The translations under genes were made by a program, and so were the position numbers. Positions 38,638 through 48,088 of a stretch of 64,000 nt of DNA are shown one piece after another (the stretch's first letter is position 1; every line of letters begins with the position of its first letter). The DNA is taken from assembly GCA_963767005.1 (NCBI GenBank), contig CAVYCN010000004.1:192001-256000 (forward strand), written 5' to 3'. The notes below the pieces were generated by a model. The model was not told the DNA's origin. It searched no databases and worked only from the letters and a program-made list of their open reading frames with translations. This DNA comes from an uncultured Actinomycetes bacterium. GTDB taxonomy: Bacteria > Actinomycetota > Thermoleophilia > UBA2241.

Positions 38638-38706
38638 CCGCGGCGCAGATCGCCTGATCTCGACGCCGGCACACGCTGCCTGACCGCGGCGCCGGCGTCG
38701 CGGAGG

Positions 38707-39468
38707 TCAGGAACCCCACAACGTCGGCTGCGAGCCCGGCTCGCCGGTGGCGTGGCGCGCCGCCGCGAGCGCGGCAGGCTCCCCGTCCCAGAGGCGCCCG
38801 TCGAGCGTGCTGCCGAGGGCGCCCTGCACGCGCCCGCCCCACCCCTTGAACGTGAACGGCACACCGGCCGCGCGGCAGCGGTCGCGCAGGCCGCGCAGCC
38901 ACTCGACGCGCGGCGGCCGGCGCGACGGCCCCGACTCGCCGCCGGCGATGACCCAGCCGACGCCCGAGAGGTCGAGCCCGTCGAGCGGCCCGAGCAGCGG
39001 CTCCGCGCTCACGTGCCGCAGCGCCGCCGGCACGGCGCGCAGCGCGTCGAGGCGCCGCGCCGTCGCCATCTCCTCGACCGTCACACCCATGTGCACGTTG
39101 GCCGGCCACGGCAGGTCGCCGGCCAGGGCCAGCAGGCGCCGCTCACGCTTGGTGAGGACGTGGAAGACGTGCCGCGGCGACCGCTCCATGACGTCGAACA
39201 CGCGGCGCACGTACTCGTCGGGGACGTCTTCGTGGAAGAGGTCGCCCATCGACGTCACGAACACGTGCCGCGGCGCGCGCCAGTGCAGCGGCAACTCGAG
39301 GCGCTCGGGCCGCAGCATGAGCGCGAAGCCGCGCTCGTAGGGGTGACCGGGGATGCCGCGCCAGCGCTCGGCGAAGCGCTCCGCGTAGCAGTGGGCGCAG
39401 CCGGCCGAGACGTGCGTGCAGCCGGTCACGGGGTTCCATGACTCCCAGGGAAGGGCGACGGCGCACAT
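38707..39468 (-). CDS. DUF5131 (phage Gp37/Gp68-like) radical-SAM-like protein
   Basis: WNPVTGCTHVSAGCAHCYA, SMGDLFH, LTKR, SAEPLLG, WVIAGGESG, FKGWGG. Confidence 0.9.
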   Translation of the reverse strand: MCAVALPWESWNPVTGCTHVSAGCAHCYAERFAERWRGIPGHPYERGFALMLRPERLELPLHWRAPRHVFVTSMGDLFHEDVPDEYVRRVFDVMERSPRHVFHVLTKRERRLLALAGDLPWPANVHMGVTVEEMATARRLDALRAVPAALRHVSAEPLLGPLDGLDLSGVGWVIAGGESGPSRRPPRVEWLRGLRDRCRAAGVPFTFKGWGGRVQGALGSTLDGRLWDGEPAALAAARHATGEPGSQPTLWGS

Positions 39469-39498
39469 GACGCTCCCAGTGTAGCGCGGCCGGGGACC

Positions 39499-39552
39499 GC
39501 GCGGCACGGCGGGCGGCGGGGACTCGTGTCCCCGCCGCCCGCCGTGCCGCGC
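39499..39552 (-). terminator. 25-bp perfect GC stem-loop after the GDSL gene
   Basis: Arms 39499-39523 and 39528-39552, directly after the stop; no U-tract. Confidence 0.6.
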
Positions 39553-40215
39553 CTACGCGCCGCCCGCCCGCTTGCGCAGGCGCTCGACGAGCTCGCGGAC
39601 AGCGGCGGCGACCACGTCGGCGCCGTGCGCGTTCAGGTGCACGCCGTCGAGTGTGAAGCCGCCGCCGTCCGGACTGGCCTGGCCGGCCGCCGCGAAGGCC
39701 GGCGCCAGGTCGAGCACCAGCGTGCGCGGCGCTCGCGCTGCCGCGGCCGCCGCGACCATCGCCGCGATGGCGGCCACGCGTTCGGCCACCTCTCCTTCGA
39801 AGGGGTCGGGCAGCACCGGCGGCACGCAGACGGCGAGCGGGCCGGCGGCCAGCGCGAGGTCGAGGATCGCGTCGTAGCCGGGCCGCAGCCGCCGTGCGTC
39901 GTACGCGCCGGCGCCGGCCGCGCCGACCGCCTCGTCGTCGGGCGCCGCGCCCGTCGCCCACAGCTCGCGGTCGTCGACGAGCGGCGGCAGGTACCAGTCG
40001 CCCAGGAACGCGTCGTTGGTACCGATCCACAGGACCGCGGCGTCGGCCGGCGGCACGCCGCCGGCACGCAGGCGCGCGAGCAACGCGGGGACGGTGTCGC
40101 CGGCCCGTCCGAGGTTGAGGAGCTCGTCACCGGGCAGCAGCCGGGCGAGGCGGCGCAGGAACGACTCGCCCGGACGGCCCTCGGTCAGGCTGTCGCCCAG
40201 GAACGCGAGCCTCAC
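39553..40215 (-). CDS. SGNH/GDSL hydrolase
   Basis: FLGDSLTEG, GRAG, IGTNDA, DGVHLN; GTG overlaps the MFS stop. Confidence 0.88.
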   Translation of the reverse strand: MRLAFLGDSLTEGRPGESFLRRLARLLPGDELLNLGRAGDTVPALLARLRAGGVPPADAAVLWIGTNDAFLGDWYLPPLVDDRELWATGAAPDDEAVGAAGAGAYDARRLRPGYDAILDLALAAGPLAVCVPPVLPDPFEGEVAERVAAIAAMVAAAAAARAPRTLVLDLAPAFAAAGQASPDGGGFTLDGVHLNAHGADVVAAAVRELVERLRKRAGGA

Positions 40216-41465
40216 GGCGCTGCCTCCTCGGGCGAGAACGTGGCGGGCGATGGACCTCGCAGGCTCCAGACGTCCCTGACGAACAGCACCCAGACCGAGA
40301 AAGCGAGGCCCACCGCGCCCGACAGCCAGAGTGCCGACGTGATGCCGACGAGCTGGGCGATCGGCCCGGCGAGCACGAGGCCGAGCGGCCAGAGGCCGGT
40401 CGACGTCATCCAGTCCCAGCTGCTCACGCGCGCCATCGACTCGGGGGCGATCAGGCGCTGCAGGGTGGCGTCCCAGACGGCGGTGAGCAGGCCGATGGCG
40501 ACGCCGCGCAGGAACCAGACCGCCATGAGCTCGGCCGGCGAGAGATGGAGCGCGAGGGCGACCATGGGCACCGAGGCCGTCGTGCCGCAGAGGGCGACGA
40601 CGACCATGGGGCGCGCCGGCCGGTAGTACAGGGCGACGACGCCGCCGGCCAGCATGCCCAGGCTGAAGAGGCCGACGAGCAGGCCCCACACGGTGGAGCT
40701 GTGGAAGCGAGCGTTCACCTCGAGCGGACCGAGGATCTGCAGCGGGGCGATCGTCGCGAACAGCACGAGCATGGCGCGCAGCATCATGACCCAAAGCCAG
40801 CGCCGCGAGCGCACCTCGTGCCAGCCGTGACGCAGCTCGGCGCCGAACGACTGCACGGCGCGGGTGCGAAGCAGCGCGGGGACGCGCAGGCTGAGCAGGA
40901 AGACCACGCTGACGAGGAAGGTCGCGGCGTCGATGGCGAGCGTGCCGCCCGTGCCGATCAGGCCGACGAGCAGGCCCGAGATCGACGGCCCCACGAACCA
41001 GCCGAAGCCGTCGGCCATGCCGCGCAGGGCGTTGGCCTCTTGCAGGCGCTCCTCCGGCACGATCTGCTGGATGAGCGCGGTGTAGGCCGGAAAGAAGAAC
41101 GCGTCGCCGCAGCCGTAGGCGAAGCCGAGCACGGCGAGGCTCCAGACGTGGGCGTGACCCGCAAGGAGCAGGCCGGCGATCAGCCCGAGCGTGACCAGAC
41201 GCACCAGGTCCGAGGCGATCATGACGAGCTCGCGCCGCAGCCGGTCGGCCCACACGCCGCCGATCAGGGTGAACAGCACGAGCGGGAGCGAGAAGGCGGC
41301 CAGCACGAGGCCGAGAGCGCTGGCCGAGGCGTGGAGGTCCTCGAGGACCGCCCAGGTGAGGGCGACCGGGAAGAGCCCGTCGCCGAGCAGCGAGGCGGCC
41401 TCGCCGAGGAACAGGTTGCGGAAGTTGCGCAGGCGGAGCACGTCGAGGCGCGCGGGCAGGCTCAT
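40212..41465 (-). CDS. MFS transporter (paralog of 667-2064)
   Basis: NFRNLFLG, GGVWADRL, LQEANALRG, WLWVM, RVSSWD. Confidence 0.88.
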   Translation of the reverse strand: MSLPARLDVLRLRNFRNLFLGEAASLLGDGLFPVALTWAVLEDLHASASALGLVLAAFSLPLVLFTLIGGVWADRLRRELVMIASDLVRLVTLGLIAGLLLAGHAHVWSLAVLGFAYGCGDAFFFPAYTALIQQIVPEERLQEANALRGMADGFGWFVGPSISGLLVGLIGTGGTLAIDAATFLVSVVFLLSLRVPALLRTRAVQSFGAELRHGWHEVRSRRWLWVMMLRAMLVLFATIAPLQILGPLEVNARFHSSTVWGLLVGLFSLGMLAGGVVALYYRPARPMVVVALCGTTASVPMVALALHLSPAELMAVWFLRGVAIGLLTAVWDATLQRLIAPESMARVSSWDWMTSTGLWPLGLVLAGPIAQLVGITSALWLSGAVGLAFSVWVLFVRDVWSLRGPSPATFSPEEAAP

Positions 41466-41603
41466 GGCGGGAGTCTATCGGATACCAGGCCGGGCCCATC
41501 AGGGTGCCGGCGCCGGGGCACGTGGCCGCCGTTGCGTCGCCTGCGCGCCGCGGCGACCGCCGCCGCCGCGTCGCCCGCGGGCCGAGCGGCGCCGCGCAGC
41601 CGG

Positions 41604-42683
41604 TCAGCCGCGCCGGCGCCCGCCGGGGCCGCTGCCGATCTCGCGGCCGATCGCTTCGATGCGGCCCTGCAGGCAGCCGCGGCACATCTCGGCCGTCTCG
41701 CCGACGCAGGCCTTGTCGGGGTAGATCTCGTAGCGCACGCGGTACTCGGGCGGCGTCAGGTTGGGCATCACGATGTTGGCGCCGCGCTGCAGGCCGATCT
41801 CGCGGCCGTCGACCTGGTTGATCGTCGCGAGGGCCGTGGTGCTGGGCAGGTTGGCCTCGGGGCAGACGAGCCGCGTGAGGGCGACCACCTTGTACACGGT
41901 GAGCTCGTCGCTGGGGATCTGCTCGCCCGCGGGCAGCGGTCGCGCCCACGAGCGGTCGCCGAGCGGCGTCGCGGGGTGCGCGATGTAGGGCCCGATGCCG
42001 ATCATGTCGAGGTCCATGCCGCGAAACGCGGCGATGTCGTCGGCGACGCTCGCGTACGTCTGGCCGGGGATACCCACCATGATGCCGCTGCCGGCTTCGT
42101 AGCCGAGCTCCTGCAGGGTCCGCAGGATGGCGAAGCGGTCGGACAGGCGCCCGGGGAGAGCGGGGTGGATGAGATGGTAGAGCTCCTCATCCGAGGTTTC
42201 GAAGCGCAGCAGGTAGCGGTCGGCACCGGCCGCGCGCCACACCCGCAGGTCGGCGTCGGGTCGCTCGCCGAGGCTGAGCGTGACGGCCAGCGGCGTCTCG
42301 GCCTTGATGCGGCGCACGATCGCCGCCAGCCACTCCGTCTTCAAGCCGTAATCCTCGCCCGACTGCATGACCACTGTGCCGTAGCCGAAGTCGACGGCGA
42401 GATGGGCGCAGGCGACGATCTCGTCCTCGCTCATGCGGTAGCGCTCGATCGCGCGGTTGCCGGCCCGCAGGCCGCAGTAGCCGCAGGCGCGCACGCAGTG
42501 ATTGGAGATCTCGATGAGGCCGCGCAGGTGGACCTCGTCGCCGACGGTGCGCCGGCGCGCGTCGTCGGCCGCCCGCCACAGCTCTTCGAGGCGCGCGACG
42601 TCGGTCTCGCGCAGCCAGGCGAGGATGGCGTCGCGATCGAGGAAGGCCTCGGTGCCGGCCTCCGGCAGGGCGGGTGCTCTCAT
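41604..42683 (-). CDS. hydE: HydE-like radical SAM protein ([FeFe]-hydrogenase maturase family)
   Basis: HLRGLIEISNHCVRACGYCGLR, VMQSGED, RYLLRFET, GANIVMPNLTP, YEIY, C-x7-C-x2-C tail. Confidence 0.88.
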   Translation of the reverse strand: MRAPALPEAGTEAFLDRDAILAWLRETDVARLEELWRAADDARRRTVGDEVHLRGLIEISNHCVRACGYCGLRAGNRAIERYRMSEDEIVACAHLAVDFGYGTVVMQSGEDYGLKTEWLAAIVRRIKAETPLAVTLSLGERPDADLRVWRAAGADRYLLRFETSDEELYHLIHPALPGRLSDRFAILRTLQELGYEAGSGIMVGIPGQTYASVADDIAAFRGMDLDMIGIGPYIAHPATPLGDRSWARPLPAGEQIPSDELTVYKVVALTRLVCPEANLPSTTALATINQVDGREIGLQRGANIVMPNLTPPEYRVRYEIYPDKACVGETAEMCRGCLQGRIEAIGREIGSGPGGRRRG

Positions 42684-42801
42684 GTCGGTCTCCACCGTCG
42701 GGTCGCGGGCGGGCACGCGGCCCTCGTCGTCGTAAGCGCAGAGCGGACCGCCGCGCCGCGCCCACGGGACGTCTGCCGCTACGGTCCCGTCGGGAGTGTA
42801 C

Positions 42802-42845
42802 CCGGCGGGCCGGCCGGTCGCATCCGCGACCGGCCGGCCCGCCGG
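42802..42845 (-). terminator. 20-bp perfect stem-loop between cysK and hydE
   Basis: CCGGCGGGCCGGCCGGTCGC-ATCC-GCGACCGGCCGGCCCGCCGG; followed on the minus strand by TACACT. Confidence 0.55.
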
Positions 42846-42924
42846 TCGAGCTACCGCTTCGGAAAGGGCCCTCCGCCGCGGCCGCACCACCCTTGCGTGG
42901 CTGCTTGCCGGGGCCGCGACGGTC

Positions 42925-43884
42925 TCAGATCCGGGCCGCGTCGGCCGTCTGCACCTCGGGCTCGGCGAAGAGCACGCTCGACAGGTACCGCTCGCCCGTG
43001 TCGCAGAGCACGGTCACGATGAGCTTGCCGCGGTTCTCGGGCCGCCGTCCGACGTCCCACGCCGCCCAGGCGTTGGCGCCGGCGGAGATGCCCACGAGGA
43101 TGCCCTCATCGCGCGCGAGACGGCGCGCCGTCTCGACCGCGTCGTCGTTGGTGACTTTGATGACGTCGTCGTAGATCTTCGTGTTCAGGACCTCGGGCAC
43201 GAAGCCGGCGCCGGTGCCCTGGATCTTGTGGGGGCCCGGCTGGCCGCCCGACAGGACGGGCGAGTCGGCCGGCTCGGCCGCGTAGATCTTCACGTCGGGC
43301 TTGCGCTGCCGCAGGATCTCGCCCACGCCGGTGACCGTGCCGCCGGTTCCGACCGCGGCGAGGAAGATGTCGATCTTGCCATCGGTGTCGCGCCAGACCT
43401 CTTCGGCCGTGGTCTCACGGTGGATCCGCGGGTTCGCCGGGTTCTCGAACTGCTGCGGGATGAAGGCGCCCGGATGCTCGGCCAGGAGCTCCTTGGCCCG
43501 CGTGATCGCGCCGGTCATGCCCTTGGCCCCGGGCGTGAGCACGAGCTCGGCGCCGTAGGCCTTGAGCAGCGCGCGCCGCTCGAGCGTCATCGTGTCGGGC
43601 ATGGTGAGGATCAGGTGGTAGCCGCGCGCGGCGGCCACCATGGCGAGCGCGATGCCGGTGTTGCCGCTGGTCGGCTCGATCAGGGTCGACTGGCCGGGCG
43701 TGATCTGGCCGGCCGCCTCCGCCGCCGCGATCATGGACAGGCCGATCCTGTCTTTCACGCTGCCGCCCGGGTTGAACGATTCGAGCTTGCCGAGGATCGT
43801 CGCGCCGGAATCCTTCGAGAGCGCCTGCAGCTTGATGAGCGGTGTGCCCCCGATCAGGTCCGAGATGTTCTCAGCGTAGGCCAT
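42925..43884 (-). CDS. cysK: Cysteine synthase A
   Basis: [45 protein letters not shown]. Confidence 0.95.
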   Translation of the reverse strand: MAYAENISDLIGGTPLIKLQALSKDSGATILGKLESFNPGGSVKDRIGLSMIAAAEAAGQITPGQSTLIEPTSGNTGIALAMVAAARGYHLILTMPDTMTLERRALLKAYGAELVLTPGAKGMTGAITRAKELLAEHPGAFIPQQFENPANPRIHRETTAEEVWRDTDGKIDIFLAAVGTGGTVTGVGEILRQRKPDVKIYAAEPADSPVLSGGQPGPHKIQGTGAGFVPEVLNTKIYDDVIKVTNDDAVETARRLARDEGILVGISAGANAWAAWDVGRRPENRGKLIVTVLCDTGERYLSSVLFAEPEVQTADAARI

Positions 43885-43935
43885 GTCAGCGTCTTCTCCT
43901 GTGAGTGGTGTGCCGTTTTCGTCTTGCCGCCGACA

Positions 43936-43962
43936 TTATAACCAAGTAAACATATCAAAAAA
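43936..43962 (-). promoter_or_regulatory. cysK promoter (TATAAT -10) with an AT-rich Rrf2/IscR/CymR-like operator
   Basis: ATAACCAAGTAAACATATCAAAAAA, 16/25 identical to the site at 48089-48113. Confidence 0.6.
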
Positions 43963-43990
43963 CAAGAGTTTACGTCGAGAGCACGTGGAC

Positions 43991-44860
43991 CTAGCCGATC
44001 CAGAGCCCTTCGATGCGCACCTGCAGGCCGTCGTCGCCCCGGTTCAGAAAGTTCACGAGGCCGCTGTGGCGCCACTGCATCATGCACATGCGCGGCTGGA
44101 ACCAGTAGCGGCGTCCGATCTCGACCGGCGCGCGCGCCTTGTTGATGAGCCCCTCGTAGGCCTGTGCCGAGTAGTAGCCGATGTCCTTGAAGCCGTGCTG
44201 ACGCGGGTGCAGAGGGCCGGTCACGCACCACACCATGGCGCCGGTGAAACGGTCGACGGTCTGCACGATGCCGCAATGGGTGATGGGGCAGCCGCACGAG
44301 ATGCCCAGCGGGCGGCCGATCAGGATCTCGCCGGGCTCGATCTCGAGCTCGCGCGTGATCAGCGGGTTGTGCGGGACGATCTGCTCGCGCGGTCCGGGCT
44401 CCTCGGGGAAATGCTCGAGGACGAAGTCGAACTCGCGCCCGAGGTGGTCGCACCACTCGCGGTCGACGGCGGACGCCGCCACGGCGACCGGAGCGTCGGA
44501 CGGTCGCAGGCCGGCCGCCGCCGAGGTGGCGAACACCGCCGGTGCGGCCGCGGCGGGGGTCTCGAGGCCGGCCGCCGCGCAGCCGCCCGCCGGCGTACAC
44601 GAGGCGCACGAGGCCGCATTGGCCGCCTGCGCCGCGCCGGCGCCGCTCGTCGGGGCCGCCGTGCCGAAGACGGCGCCGGCGTCGGGCACGCCGGCCGGCG
44701 CCGCCTGGACGTTCACGAAATCGGCCGCCAGCGGGATACAGCGCTTGAGCAGCTCGGGCTTGTCGGTCAGACGGGCCGCCATGTCGGCACAGGTGCGAAA
44801 GCCGCACAGGCCACAGTCGAGGCCGGGCAGCTCGACCTCACTCAGGTTCACGTTCGTCAC
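43991..44860 (-). CDS. Fe-S-binding protein (RnfB/CdhE-type N-terminal FeS domain plus Cys-containing C-terminal domain)
   Basis: LPGLDCGLCGFRTC..C; Ala-rich linker with SCASC..C; CGCPITHCG, CMMQWRHSG; AAGGAG RBS, GTG start. Confidence 0.8.
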   Translation of the reverse strand: MTNVNLSEVELPGLDCGLCGFRTCADMAARLTDKPELLKRCIPLAADFVNVQAAPAGVPDAGAVFGTAAPTSGAGAAQAANAASCASCTPAGGCAAAGLETPAAAAPAVFATSAAAGLRPSDAPVAVAASAVDREWCDHLGREFDFVLEHFPEEPGPREQIVPHNPLITRELEIEPGEILIGRPLGISCGCPITHCGIVQTVDRFTGAMVWCVTGPLHPRQHGFKDIGYYSAQAYEGLINKARAPVEIGRRYWFQPRMCMMQWRHSGLVNFLNRGDDGLQVRIEGLWIG

Positions 44861-44891
44861 GGGACGCTCCTTGGGGTCGTCGCTGTCACGG

Positions 44892-46082
44892 TCAAACGGT
44901 ACGGGCGCGCGCACCGAAGCAGGCGTGCGAGGCGATCGAGGTCAGGGATGCCGCTGCGCGCGGCAGGGTCGCGAGCAGACGATCGACGTCGTCGTCGCTC
45001 GTGAAGCGGCCCATGGTGAGGCGCAGCGAGCCGCGCGCGCGGATGGTGTCGAAGCCCATCGCCGTGAGCACGTACGAGGGCTCGCCGGCGTTGTGGGCGC
45101 TGCAGGCGCTGCCCGACGAGACCGCGATGCCGGCGTCGTCGAGCGCGAACAGCAGGCGGATGGCGTCGGCCTCCTGGCCCGAGAAGCCCAGGCAGAGGTG
45201 GCCGGGCAGCCGCAGGTACGGGTGGCCGATGAGGTAGACGTTGCCGATCTCCTCGCTCAGCGCGTCGAGCACACGATCGCGGAGCCCCACGAGACGGGCC
45301 GACTCCTCGGCCATCTCGACCCGGGCGAGCAGAGCTGCCTGGCCGAAGCCGACGACGCCCGCCACGTTCTCGGTCGCCGAGCGCAGGCCGCGCTCCTGGC
45401 CGCCGCCCAGGATGAGCGGAGCCAGTTCGACGCCGTCGCGCACGTACAGTGCGCCCACACCCTTGGGCCCGTGGACCTTGTGGGCCGACAGCGACAGCAG
45501 GTCGACCGGCAAGCGGCCGACGTCGAGCGGCACCTTGCCGGCGCCCTGCACGGCGTCGGTGTGGAAGAGCGCGCCGGCGCCGCGGGCGAGCGCCGCAAGC
45601 TCGGCGATGGGCTGCACGGTGCCGACCACGTTGTTGGCGGCCATCACCGACACGAGGCGGGTGGTCGGTCGCAGCACGGCGGCGAGCGACTCGGGCTCGA
45701 CGAGGCCGTCGGCCGTGATCGGCAGATAGGTCACCTCGACGCCGCGGCGCTCGAGGGCCCGGCACGGCTCGAGGACGGCCGGGTGCTCGAAGGCGCTCAC
45801 CACGACGTGGACGGGCGTCGGCGCCTCGCCGACCGCGCCGAAGATCGCCAGGTTGTCGGCCTCGGTGCCGCTGCCCGTGAAGACGATCTCGGCCGGCCGG
45901 GCGCCGATCAGCGCGGCGACCTCGGCGCGCCCGGCCTCGAGCGCGTCGTGGGCGGCGCGGCCCGGACCGTGCAGGCTCGAGGGGTTGCCGAACGAAGCGG
46001 CTAGGAAGGGCTCCATGGCGTGGCGCACCCTCGGGTCGAGCGGGGTCGTGGCCGCGTGGTCGAAGTAGGCGCAGGCAGCCAC
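44892..46082 (-). CDS. iscS: Group I (IscS/NifS-type) cysteine desulfurase
   Basis: YFDHAATTP, FGNPSS.H, HTDAVQ, SAHKVHGPKG, SSGSACS. Confidence 0.92.
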   Translation of the reverse strand: MAACAYFDHAATTPLDPRVRHAMEPFLAASFGNPSSLHGPGRAAHDALEAGRAEVAALIGARPAEIVFTGSGTEADNLAIFGAVGEAPTPVHVVVSAFEHPAVLEPCRALERRGVEVTYLPITADGLVEPESLAAVLRPTTRLVSVMAANNVVGTVQPIAELAALARGAGALFHTDAVQGAGKVPLDVGRLPVDLLSLSAHKVHGPKGVGALYVRDGVELAPLILGGGQERGLRSATENVAGVVGFGQAALLARVEMAEESARLVGLRDRVLDALSEEIGNVYLIGHPYLRLPGHLCLGFSGQEADAIRLLFALDDAGIAVSSGSACSAHNAGEPSYVLTAMGFDTIRARGSLRLTMGRFTSDDDVDRLLATLPRAAASLTSIASHACFGARARTV

Positions 46083-46085
46083 GGT

Positions 46086-46787
46086 TCACTGCCCCCGGTA
46101 GAAGTTCAGGTTGTCGAGGGCGCGCACGACGCCGAAGTGGGACTGCCAGCCCACCTCGCGTTTGCCGACGCAGATCGTGCAGGTGCCGACGGGCGGGCTG
46201 CCCCGCAGCATGAGGTGGTCGCCCGCCTCGGGCGTCTCGAGGATGCTCGTCACGAGTGGGTCGACGCCGATGCCGTACAGGGCGTTGGCCTCGCGAATCT
46301 GCACCTCCGGCGCGACGTCCTGGATGCGCGCCCGGAACACCTCGCGCTCGGCCTGCGACACCAGGTCGCCCTTGGTCACGACGCAGACGTCGGAGAGCGA
46401 GAGGATGGGACCCACCTTGAGCGGCAGGTTCATGCCGCTCGTGGCCTCGAGCACGCACACGCCCAGGCCGCCGTCGACGTAGGGCGCGCAGCGCAGGCAG
46501 AGGCCCGCGGTCTCCACGAGCAGGATGTTGCAGTCCCGCTTGTCGGCCCACTCCATGGCGTCGCCCAGCACCATCACGCTGCAGTGGTCCGGACACAGCT
46601 CGCCCGAGTAGAGCTTGCGCGTGGGGATGCCGAACTCGGCGGCGAGCAGCTCGTCCTCCTCGGCGAACTGCACGTCGATCTTGAGGAACGCGACGCGTTC
46701 GCCGCGCTCGATCAGCTTGCGGATGGCGTGACGCAGGACGGAGGTCTTGCCGGTCGTAGCGGGGCCGGCCGCGATCGCGAGTCTCAT
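46086..46787 (-). CDS. Cys-rich SIMIBI/G3E GTPase (HypB/UreG-like)
   Basis: GPATTGKT, LKID, LCPDHC, VETAGLCLRC, TKGD, CTIC. Confidence 0.82.
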   Translation of the reverse strand: MRLAIAAGPATTGKTSVLRHAIRKLIERGERVAFLKIDVQFAEEDELLAAEFGIPTRKLYSGELCPDHCSVMVLGDAMEWADKRDCNILLVETAGLCLRCAPYVDGGLGVCVLEATSGMNLPLKVGPILSLSDVCVVTKGDLVSQAEREVFRARIQDVAPEVQIREANALYGIGVDPLVTSILETPEAGDHLMLRGSPPVGTCTICVGKREVGWQSHFGVVRALDNLNFYRGQ

Positions 46788-47572
46788 GAGAACGCCCCCT
46801 GGAGCTCGTCGCCGGTGAGTGACGCGCCCAGGCGCAGCTTCTCGCGCAGGCTCGACAACACGTCGTCGAGGCGCGTGACCTTGGTCGCCAGGGCGCGCTC
46901 CTGCTCGCTCGTGCCGAGGACCTTCATCATGCGGCCCTCGCTGATCACGATGCGAAAGTCCGACAGCAGCGCGATGCGCGGGTCGTGCGTGACGAAGATG
47001 AAGATCTTGCGCTGCCGGCGCAGCAGCTCGAGACATCGGGACCGGTCTATGCCGGCGTTCTCGACCTCGTCGAGCAGCACGATCGGCGTGTCGCAGATGC
47101 TCGTGGCGTCGGCGATCAGCAACGCGCGCGTCTGACCGCCCGACAGCTCCGTCATGCGCACCGAGAGGCCGATCGCCTCGCCGGTGAGCTGGTTGGCGAA
47201 GTCGATCGTGTCGGCGATCATGCTCTCGGCGTGCTTGCCGCCCACCGATCGCACCCTGGCGTGGATTTCGAGAAACTCGCCGACCGGCAGGTCGGACAGG
47301 AACGTGGTGTGTTGCGTGATGAGGGCGATCGGGTTGCGCGACGGGTCGTCGCGATACTCCTGCGGCGCGGGCTCGCCGTTGATCAGGATGGTGCGTCCCG
47401 ACGGCGTGTCGCGCGCGGCGAACATCTCGATGTCGTTGATCAGGGTCGTCTTGCCGGAGCCGGTCGGTCCGACGATGCTCGCGACGTTGCCCATGCGCAG
47501 CTCGAGCCGCTCGACGGGCTCGGGCTCACCGCTCTTGCCGTGGCCCCCCAGGATCACGATGGTGTCGATCAC
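46784..47572 (-). CDS. Stand-alone ABC-family ATPase (no permease)
   Basis: GPTGSGKT, LSGGQ, LLDEVENAGID, VTHD; no TM segment; stop overlaps the GTPase start. Confidence 0.85.
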   Translation of the reverse strand: MIDTIVILGGHGKSGEPEPVERLELRMGNVASIVGPTGSGKTTLINDIEMFAARDTPSGRTILINGEPAPQEYRDDPSRNPIALITQHTTFLSDLPVGEFLEIHARVRSVGGKHAESMIADTIDFANQLTGEAIGLSVRMTELSGGQTRALLIADATSICDTPIVLLDEVENAGIDRSRCLELLRRQRKIFIFVTHDPRIALLSDFRIVISEGRMMKVLGTSEQERALATKVTRLDDVLSSLREKLRLGASLTGDELQGAFS

Positions 47573-47784
47573 TCGGCTCTCCTTCTCTCGCTCGATTGGA
47601 GGGACGAGCCCCGGGGTGAGTCGGCGTCCGCCTCGGACGACGATCGGCTCGCGCCTCGACGGGTGCGGAGCCGGGCGCGTCGTTCCTCGCGAGCCCCATG
47701 GGTCTCCCTCGCTTTGTCTGGAACGACCGCCGGTGGTCCGGTGGGTCGCGGTGGGGATGGCGCGCGGCGCGCGCCGGTCGATCG

Positions 47785-48084
47785 TTACGGGCGGTTCCCG
47801 CTCGACCGCGGCGCCGGAGGAGGCTCGCCGGGGCGCCCCGGCCGCCCGGCCGCCGCCGGTCTGTCGAACCGCAGCTTCTCGCGGCGCTCGATCTGCACCA
47901 CGCGTGCGTCGTGCACCGTGATCTCGACGGAGCCGTAGTCGAGGCTCCTCACGGCCTGCAGGATGCGACGCTCGACCTCGGGGTCGCCGCGCTCGGCGGG
48001 ACGAGCTGCGTCGTCTCGCCCGGCGCGAGCGGCTGGGTCGCCGGCGGTGTCGCGCTTCCCTCCGAGCACCTGCGCCTTCCTCAC
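47785..48084 (-). CDS. YezD/DUF2292 (OscA-like) small protein
   Basis: ILQAVRSLDYGSVEITVHDARVVQIERREKLR. Confidence 0.82.
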   Translation of the reverse strand: MRKAQVLGGKRDTAGDPAARAGRDDAARPAERGDPEVERRILQAVRSLDYGSVEITVHDARVVQIERREKLRFDRPAAAGRPGRPGEPPPAPRSSGNRP

Positions 48085-48088
48085 GGCA

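Noticed and set aside
38300-39600. Prophage or ICE around DUF5131
   Set aside because: No integrase, structural or conjugation genes, and the composition matches the host
41604-42683. PylB or BioB identity for the radical SAM gene, prompted by the nearby MttB
   Set aside because: YCGLR, GANIVMPNLTP, YxxY and the C-terminal Cys triad match HydE; no pylC/D/S or bio genes in the window
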